The notes under the pieces are model-generated. The model saw nothing but the letters and a program-made list of their open reading frames with translations. It was not told where the DNA came from and ran no database searches. Shown here in pieces: positions 25,391 to 34,400 of a stretch of 64,000 nt of DNA. The stretch is from an uncultured virus (IMG/VR IMGVR_UViG_3300042868_002089) (taxonomy: Duplodnaviria; Heunggongvirae; Uroviricota; Caudoviricetes), in the IMG/VR virus record IMGVR_UViG_3300042868_002089; one strand, given 5' to 3'. The first letter of the stretch is position 1. The number at the start of each line of letters is the position of its first letter. The position numbers were made by a program, and so were the translations under genes.

Positions 25391-28282
25391 ATGACCCCGC
25401 TTGAGTTTTTAGCGGTTGTTCTGCCGCCGCCAGTATTTGGCAACTATTGCGTAGCAGAGCTTACTAGGACAAAAGAGCACGTCTTTGTGGACTCGCTCGA
25501 TCAAACAACAGCGCACATCAAGCGCTGGCACGACAACAAGTGTGACGTTTACTTTGCTTTGGCCACCTTTAGCGAAGACAACAACCGCACTGCCGCCAAC
25601 GCTCGGTACGTTAAATCCCTGTTCATCGACATGGATGGGTATGCCACGAAGAAAGATGCCGCCCTTGCGCTCAATGCGTTCTTGGAAAAAACTGGTCTTG
25701 ATGCTTTGGGTACGCCCTACGTGGTGGCGTCTGGTGGCGGCTTGCACTGCTACTGGCCACTGCAGGAGGCTTTGCCTATCGACTCATGGAAGCCTGTGGC
25801 CGAGAACTTTAAGCGCTTGTGCAAACAGGAAGAACTGGCCATCGACATGACTGTGACGGCTGATGCCGCCCGTGTCTTGCGTGTGCCTGAGACTACCAAC
25901 TTTAAGAAGAAGTACGCAACGCCGCGCCCTGTGCGCATACTGACTGAAGGCGACGTGTTCAACTTCGACGACATAGCGGCCATCATCAGGGAAAAGCTTG
26001 TCGGTTCGGTCTACGAGACGCAAGCCCAAAGGCTTGACTTGCCCGGCTCCCGTCCTTCGGCTGCCTCCACTTCCCCGACCAGTGTCAAACTCTTTGAGAA
26101 CAGCGTAACCAAGTTCAAACCAATTTGGCTGGCCACGCAAAACGATCGGGGTTGCAACCAGCTTGCGCACTACGTTGAGCATGCTCAGGAAGAAGGCATG
26201 GAGCCGATCTGGCGTGGTCTTCTGTCATGGACTAAAGTCTGTGAGGACGGCAACCGTGCGGCTGTGTGGCTGAGCAAGATGCACCCGTACGAGCCAGAGC
26301 GTATGAACCAGAAGCTACAAAGCATCAAGGGTCCGTACCCCTGCATTAAGATGGATAGCGAGAACCCCGGTGTATGTCCGTCATGCACACATTGGGGCAA
26401 GATCACCAACCCGCTGATCCTTGGTCGTGAGTTGGCAGTCGAGGTTGAGGAGAAAGAGATTGAAGTAGCGCTGTCTGCTGAAAGCTCGAGTTCCTTAAAA
26501 GAAACCATCAAGGTCATGCGCCCAACACCACCACGCGGCTATGCCTATGGCGCAAATGGTGGCACGTTCATGGAGCGCACAGTAGAAGACGAAGAAGGCA
26601 ACAAGGCCAAGAAGCAGGTCATGTTGTTGCCCTACGAACTGTTCGTTGTTGACATCCTCAACAGCAACGGGGATCACACAGTGCACATGATAGCGCTCAA
26701 GCCTGAAGGTGCAGTGAACGTGACTATGGCTCAGAAGGCTGTGGTCAGTAAAGACGAGACAGTCAAAGCACTGGCTAGTCAAAACATCGTGGCCGCTTTT
26801 GGCCACGGCAACGATAAAAACCTATTTGAATATGTGAGGGCATGCGTGGAAGAAGCTAGCACAAGCAGACCAGCTATAAAGGTCCCTGACAGCTACGGCT
26901 GGCAGGCAGATAACACATACGTCTATGCAGGGCGTATCTTCAGTAAGGGTAAACCCCCAGTCAAAGTCCCGATGCCGGGTCTTGAGAACATCACAGTAAA
27001 CACCGAACCCAAGGGAACCATTGAGGCATGGCGTGACTTCATTAACATGCTGATTGCCAAGAAGATGTGGGGACACCTTGCTGTGATCCTTGCCGGTGCT
27101 GGGTCGCCATTCATGCGCTTTACAGGCATCTACGGCATGACATACCACTGCGCATCAACTGAGTCCGGTACAGGTAAGACCTTGTCTCTGGAAGCTGCAG
27201 CATCTGTATGGGGACACCCGACCCACTACCGCACAGGCAAGAGCACATCTCCTGTGGCCATGCAACAGCGCTTGGGTTTGCTCAACAGCCACCCACTCAT
27301 CACCGATGAGATCACCGCCAAGAACCGCGCCGCTCCTGAGTGGTTGCCTGAGTTCTTGCTTGATATGACCGAAGGCCGTGGCAAGGAGCGTATGGAGTCT
27401 GGCTCCAACAAAGAGCGCTTGAACTTGTCCACATGGATGACTACCTGCCTAATGTCTTCCAACACCCACGTTGTGGACTACCTGACTGGCGGTCGTGACC
27501 ACTCTTCGGAAGGTGAACTGCGCCGCTTGCTTGAGTTTACGTTTGAGGAAGCGCTGGCATGGGAGCCCCATGAGATTGAGATCATCAAGTCCTTGCAGTA
27601 CAACTATGGCGTGGCTGGCTACAAGTTGGTCGAGTACATGGTTGAGCATGTGGATGAGTTCCCAACATCTGTACGCGAAGCAGTAGCCGCCATGTACACA
27701 GAGTTCAACGCCACCAACGATGAGCGCTTCTGGATGGCTGGTATCGGAACCGCAGTCCATGCCCGCAATGCTTTCAAAGCCGCTGGCATTGTGGATATCC
27801 CCCTGCGCCCCGTACTGAACGCTTTCAAGAAGGTCGTGGCATCTATGCGCGCTAGCATGAAGCACAGCCTGCGCACTGCTGAAGATGTGCTGAACTCCTA
27901 CACTCGTGACAGCTACGGCAACTTTGTGGTGATTAAACCCAGCACTGGCGGTCTCATGGCTGAACTCGGTAGCGGTCAGATCATTGACCAGACTATCACA
28001 CGCAACAAGATTCTTGGGCGGGTGGAGCACGGCATAACGCCCGGCTACATTGACTACTTCATTGAGGAGACACTGCTCAAGTCCTATTGCGCTTCCATGA
28101 GTTTCGGTTACGCTTCATTCAAGCGCCAGCTTGAGGATACGTTCCAGATCGAGTATCTTAGGAAGAACATGACAGCCAAGACCAAAGGCCCCGCCATGCG
28201 GGTTCCTGCAATGCGCGTCAGGCGTAAGATGGACGAAATAGATGAAAGTATCATCAATCCACTTCCCGTGGGAGAAACTTGA
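25391..28282 (+). CDS. Primase (RepB-like AEP) fused to DUF927/P-loop domain
   Basis: FIDMD, SGGGLHCYW, RVLRVP; CPSC; SGTGKT; DE. Confidence 0.85.
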   Translation: MTPLEFLAVVLPPPVFGNYCVAELTRTKEHVFVDSLDQTTAHIKRWHDNKCDVYFALATFSEDNNRTAANARYVKSLFIDMDGYATKKDAALALNAFLEKTGLDALGTPYVVASGGGLHCYWPLQEALPIDSWKPVAENFKRLCKQEELAIDMTVTADAARVLRVPETTNFKKKYATPRPVRILTEGDVFNFDDIAAIIREKLVGSVYETQAQRLDLPGSRPSAASTSPTSVKLFENSVTKFKPIWLATQNDRGCNQLAHYVEHAQEEGMEPIWRGLLSWTKVCEDGNRAAVWLSKMHPYEPERMNQKLQSIKGPYPCIKMDSENPGVCPSCTHWGKITNPLILGRELAVEVEEKEIEVALSAESSSSLKETIKVMRPTPPRGYAYGANGGTFMERTVEDEEGNKAKKQVMLLPYELFVVDILNSNGDHTVHMIALKPEGAVNVTMAQKAVVSKDETVKALASQNIVAAFGHGNDKNLFEYVRACVEEASTSRPAIKVPDSYGWQADNTYVYAGRIFSKGKPPVKVPMPGLENITVNTEPKGTIEAWRDFINMLIAKKMWGHLAVILAGAGSPFMRFTGIYGMTYHCASTESGTGKTLSLEAAASVWGHPTHYRTGKSTSPVAMQQRLGLLNSHPLITDEITAKNRAAPEWLPEFLLDMTEGRGKERMESGSNKERLNLSTWMTTCLMSSNTHVVDYLTGGRDHSSEGELRRLLEFTFEEALAWEPHEIEIIKSLQYNYGVAGYKLVEYMVEHVDEFPTSVREAVAAMYTEFNATNDERFWMAGIGTAVHARNAFKAAGIVDIPLRPVLNAFKKVVASMRASMKHSLRTAEDVLNSYTRDSYGNFVVIKPSTGGLMAELGSGQIIDQTITRNKILGRVEHGITPGYIDYFIEETLLKSYCASMSFGYASFKRQLEDTFQIEYLRKNMTAKTKGPAMRVPAMRVRRKMDEIDESIINPLPVGET

Positions 28283-28442
28283 GAAGGGGCAGGGGTTCTT
28301 TATCCCCTGCCTAGACCATGCCGCCATGCGTGAGCTTGGCTTAAAGAAAGCAGTCCTTTGCCGCATACTAGATGCCCGTGCTATCACGGGCATCCACAAT
28401 GGTTTTACTGGGGTACTGTTCTATCGACCGCCCCGCGCATAG
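28242..28442 (+). CDS. Small conserved phage protein
   Basis: FPWEKLEKGQGFFIPC motif. Confidence 0.65.
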   Translation: MKVSSIHFPWEKLEKGQGFFIPCLDHAAMRELGLKKAVLCRILDARAITGIHNGFTGVLFYRPPRA

Positions 28443-31400
28443 TGTCAGCGTACCTGATTTTGATCTTGCGAATCTCATCAAGACGTTCACGCTTTTGCTC
28501 AGGGGTCAGGTTGGATGCACGGATGGCTCTCTCGTACTGGGTCAACTCTCCCATAGTCGATGTGAAGTCGTGTGCAATCTCTCCAGCCGCATACTCATTG
28601 GCTTTGGTGTTGATGAGTTCCAAGGCCTTGGCCTTTTCACCGCGCTCAATCAAATCATCCACAGTAGACTTGACCTTGGAAAACTCGTTCATGCGGTCGT
28701 AGGCCATGTTGATAATGCCGCCAGCATCGTTTGGCTGGAACACAGTGCCCACTACAGGCATCTCTGACAGGCGCTTGAACGCTTTCTCAGGTGAGTCGGA
28801 CTTACCAAACGGCATACTGATAGCCTGCAAGAACGCCAAGCCTAGCGAACCGGTGTAGCCCTGCACCAACTGCTCAAGGATAATCGGAGATACGCCAGCC
28901 GTCGCGCCTATGCTCTTGGCAATCTGTGAGGTATTCTCACGGAACTGTGCTTCAGGCAACAACTTCTGCTCGTGGGGAGACATGATGTCGCGTCCTGTGT
29001 AGAACGACTTGCCAAGGCCAGCTTCGATGGCTGGGCGCATTGCCTGTGGGATGCCGAAGGAAGAACCACCGGGTATTGTGTTGAGCAAGATTTGACGGAA
29101 AGCTTGCACCGCTTGCTCGCCACCGCGCTCATTTACCATGGTGTTGTACAACGCTTCTGGCAACGCCTTAAAGATGTAACCAATCTCAAACGGAATTGGT
29201 AAGCGCACAGCCTCTTCTACGCCGGGGATACGCACAAACCAGTTGCCGTACTTCTGCTCAGGTGTAGCGTTCTGGTAGGCTTCGTCGTCCTGCATCATGG
29301 CAGCATACGCAAGGGTGCCGGCAGCAATCATCAAGCCACGAGTCAACAGCTTCTCTTGAACCTTTAACCGCTCATTGAAAGGCATCTTGCCAGTCATGGA
29401 CTTGTACAGCACGTTCAGGCCTTGAATCTGTGCGTTAAAGAACGGGATCAACGAGTTGGCCATGTGGATGCTAGGGGAAGCACCGCGCTTGGTAAAGTTC
29501 ATTGACTCAAGAGCCATGTACGTGGCTTCCATCTCAGACAAGCCTTGCTTGATGTAGCTGTTGTACTGGGCGCGACGTGACAACGCGTCAGCTTCCATAG
29601 AGATGCTTTCGGCCTTAGACACAAAGTCAGACCAGCCACTCTTGCCAGAGGCGATGCGGCGCATGATGTCGGTAATGTCTGCCGCACCACCCGTGAACAC
29701 CTGACCGCCTGTAATGCCTCGGCTCTCAAGCGTGCCTTTGGTTGCACTGCCAATCTGTCTGAGCGCTCCAGTAACAGGAATGAAATCGGCTCCGGACAGC
29801 AACGGGGCGGCCAGCGAATCACGGAACAACTGACGAGCCGCGTACACAGGCGTTGCTGTAACGGCTTTGCGCAAGAAAGAGGCAGGAGCTGCCAGTACAC
29901 GCAAAGCAAACGGCATCTGGGTTGGGATACCTTCCATGCCCTTGACCAAAATGTCAGCTGGCACGCCTGCTCTATCGGTGTCGACTTGGGCGAAGCGGTC
30001 TTCTCCATCTACCTTGAACTTGATAACGTCAGGGCCAGAGATAGCCTTGTCCGTAATCTTTGCCATGTCCATGTTCTTCAACTCAAACACAGCGTTCTTT
30101 GTGGCCAAGTTACGCAAAGCCATATCCACCATCATGTTGGTGTTTTGCACAGAGCTGACCATGAAGTCCATGATAGGTGCGTCACCGCCCACCAACTCTT
30201 GCAAGTAAGGCTGCTCTTTAATATTGCCAATACGGATTGGGTTTTCTCCACCAATCATCAGCTCAACAACGCCATTGCGCTCACGGTAGAACGGGATGTA
30301 GTCGTTGCTCTTAAGCAGAGCCTCTGCGTCGGCTTTACGGATAGCGCCAGCAGAAACGGCAAAATTTACCAGACCTCGGTTGTACTCGTTGTACTCTTGG
30401 CGAGCACGCTCAAACACATCCTTGATTGTCTTGTTGCCTTCAACTGTGGCCAGTACTCGGTCAAGTTCTGCTTGGGTAATTGTGCCGCTGAAGTTTAGCT
30501 TATCTAAGCCAACACGCTTTGCACGCAAAGCCGCCATGTAAGAAGTAAACGCACGGCTCGCATTATCGGCACCGCCCATAACATCAGAGGCTCCTTTGAG
30601 AATCTCTGACACACCACGCAGGCTTGCACCGGGTCGGCTCTCAATCAGGTACTCTTTTTGGCCGTCAGCACGAACTTTCTCCACAATCTGTAGAGCACCG
30701 TTAGCCGCGGACTGCGCCACAAAGTTCATGCGCTGGTCATACATGCGCAAGTAGTACATCATCTGGATGCCCTTGAGCTTGTCCATGACTTTAGACAGAC
30801 GCTCAAATCCAGCAAAGCGATCAACCAGCTGAGTCTCAAACGCCAAACCTGTAGCGTTAACCTTGATGCTTTCGCTCCAAGTCTTCTGACGGGCAACCAT
30901 CTTGTTGGAGATGTCCACAATGTCATCAAACTCAGAGTCACGCGCACGGTTCAGCCTTGGCTGGTCCAACGTCATGTCGGCTTCAGTAGGTCGTGGCACC
31001 TTAGTCATCAAGCGGTCAACGGCGGCAATAGCCGCTTCGCTCATGTTGGTTGGAGTCTTCACGCCAAGCAAGCGCAAAATGACGCTCTTGAAAGCATCCC
31101 ACATGTACTTAAGCGTCCAAGGCTTGGACTGCATGTAAGTGCGCAACTTAGGACTTGTCAGTGCCTCTGCCGCAAACTCATTTAAGCTGGTAACCAGCTC
31201 GGGGTAAGGCATGCTCTTGTCTGCCTTGAGTGCGTTGTATATGGCAACAAGTTCTTTCTTGGCGGCCAACTGCTCAGGTGTCAGCTGATCTTCTGGCAAA
31301 TTAAGCACACGCTCAACACCGGCGTGAACGCCTTCGTGCAAAGCTGTCTGCTCATTCAAACCATAAGTTTTGTCCAGTTCAATGAACGAGCCATTAGACG

Positions 31401-34400
31401 CGGCAGTTCCGTACACTGCTTCGCCGTTATCACCACGCAAGTCGTCAACCAAGCGCACTTCAGTATTACCAAGAAGCATCTTTAAGCGTTCAGCAATCGC
31501 TCTGTTGATCTCATCGTTGGTACTTGTGCTGATGTTCTGCATGATTGCAGCCGCGCTCTTCTCGGTATCGACTTCGTCTTTTAGCGCGGGGCCTTGGGAC
31601 GCCACAGCCGCAGCTTGCATCAAGCGTTTAGTGCTTGGTTGAATACGAGTCACGTTGCCCAAACCGGCCAGCTCTTCGCGCTTGGCTTCCAGTTGCTCGG
31701 CAATACGAGTCTGGTTATTTGTCAGGGTTTCGATGCGTTTAGTGTCGTTAGCCGCAGTAGCGGCTTCCAAAGCAGCATCGTTGCGCCTATCCAAATCTTC
31801 CAGATAGTTCATCCGGTCCGTGATGCGTTGCAACTCGGTGTCTTTGTTGGCTTCTCTTTGTGCTTGCTTGCTAGTGACGGGGCGTGTTTTGCCAGCCTGA
31901 GTAATCTTGTTCTGGGTAGACAGCTTGCGCTCTTCTGTGGTCGTCACGTCACCCGTGCGCACATTACCTGCCGTAACCGTCTTCTTAACAACAGGACCGA
32001 TCTTGCGCTGGTCAAGGCGTGTGCCGGGAATAACCGACTCTGTCTCTGTGCCAAGCTGAATGTTCTTACGGGTGATACCAGTCTTAGCTGACAAGCGGTC
32101 AAGCAAACGCTGCTTCTCACGCTTAGCCTTGTTCAGTTCCTTAACACGAGACGTACGCAGTTCTGGGCTAATACCAGACTCTTGGCTGGACTCTGTACGG
32201 GTCTTGATGTTTTGTTCAACCTTATCCAAGCGCTTTTGCGTTGCGTCAGACATGGCGGCTGCCACGGATTGAATTGGATTACCCGCAAGGTCATACTCAA
32301 CTTCGTTAGAGAAAATCTGATTGACCGTATCTTCAGCTTCTTTGAGGCGCTCTATAGCATTCTCAGCGTCTTTCTTTTCTTTCTCCAACTGGTCACGCAT
32401 CTTTGTCACGTCGCCAAGCATGGCTTCGTAGTCAGTGATATTGCGTGAGTAAATCTCAAGCTCGACCTTGTTGGCAATTGCCCACTTCTTGTCTTCCTTG
32501 GCTTTTGCAATGTGCTCTTTAATCAAGCGCTCATCTTTAACCAGCTGCTCCAGTTCGGTGTTGGCTTGGTCAATAACGGCATCAAGCTGTGCGTACACTT
32601 CTGGCGTAGCGTTAAGTCTTTCAGCAAGTTTACGGCGCTTATCAAAGGAAATGCGCTCACCTTCAAGTGAAGCCAGTCGGCTGTTGCGCGCATTTTCAAT
32701 ACGCCTGACTTCAGCATCACGGTTTTCTCTGTCCAGTTGGGTCTCTGGTGTTACAGGGAAACCTTCTCTGCGGCCAGCCAAGAACTTGTTAATAGCGTTC
32801 TGTGCGGTCTTTTCAATGTTTCTAGCGGCATCGGCAACAGGTCCAAGCGTGCGAACAAGCTCTTCTTCAGCAACAGTGGCGGCGCGGATTGTCCTGCCGT
32901 TAGTAGAATCTTCTGTAAACCTATGGTTGTTCTTGTACTCTACAACGCCCAGCTTGGCTAACAGTTTGTCAGTTTCAGCTTGTTGGTCAGCAATACGCTT
33001 TTCAGACTCTTCAATAATCTTTTGTGCAGTGCTGATTTCTTCCCGAGCTTTCTTAAGCTCAGTTCTGTTTTGGACACTTCTGTCCTGTGTATTCTTGGCT
33101 AAAGTTAACTCAAGCCCTGCGTCCAACATGTCTTTGCTTAGGCCATCAAACTTTGCAATCTCCGCCTGAAGCTGCATCTGCAAGTCGAGATCTTTGTCCA
33201 AGAACTTAACAATACGGCTTTGCGTTTGATTCAAAGCATAGAGCCTGCGCCACTTAGTTGTAGCGTCAATGATCGCTTGTTGAGCCGCCAATATTTTTGG
33301 AGCTTCTTTTAAACCACGAAGCACGTCAGCCCATGTCTGGCCTTCTTTAACCTTTTGCTCTTCAACCCCACCTTTGAATACGCTTAACGTGTTCAAAGTT
33401 TTAATTGCTTCTGCAAGCTGTTCTTTGGCTTTGAGCACCTCTTGCAAGGCGGCTTCTTCTTTGCCGGTGAAGTTGTTTACGTTGGCTGCAATAGCTTTGG
33501 TGATGTCTTCAGACGTCTTGATAGAGAACTCAAGCGCTGTAGCGGCTTGAATGTACTGCGCTTGCAAACCAAAAAGCTCAGAGTCCAAACGATTAATAAG
33601 CTGGCGCTGACTTTCTTGCGCTTCCTTAAGCATCCGCTGGGCTTCTAACAACTCTTTATTTTCCCGTGCCAAAGCTACCGAATTCATGCTGTCAATTTCA
33701 GCAATCTGGGCTTCCTTATCGGCACGAATCTTGTCGTACTTTTCTACCAGCGCATCGCTCTGTTTGCGCAGGGCGGCGGCTTTATTAGAGAACACACGAA
33801 CGCGGTCAAGCAATCGGGTCAGGGTAGGACGGCCAAGGCCAATAGCCGAGCGCATCTGTTGCAGGGCATCAGAGCCGAGGAACTTATCGAACTCAGCGTA
33901 GTTGGCAAACTTGTAACCGCTGTATTCTTTGTCGCTAAACAAGTCTTCTTGAATAGCTGTAACAGGCTTAGCGGCTGTGCCCCACGCAGTTTCGCGGGTC
34001 TGTACGTCTGTCTCAGACAACTTTGCACGCTCAATAGCGTCAAGCCTTGCTTCTACTCGGTCACGGAACTCTTTGCTTTCTTGGCCAATGCTGACGCTGT
34101 ACAACCATTGTGAAATGTCGTCAGCCAAAGTCGTAGGCAAAGTTCCACGGCGGCTAGGAGGCAGTGCTGTCTCTTCTCCAACAGCGGCGTTGGCCTGTAC
34201 TTCACGCCAGTTATCCCCGATACGGGCAGCTAGTTTGCGTACTTCTGAAGAAGTCTTGTCGTTGGCCAGCGTGCCATCCAACTGCTTGAGCAGGGCTTCT
34301 GGTGAAGTTGTCTCAGGCGCATAAGTGCGGGTAACGCCGGGGCCTTCTGGAGAAATATAGCGGTCACGAATTTGATCCAGACCTTCTTGGATGGCCATGG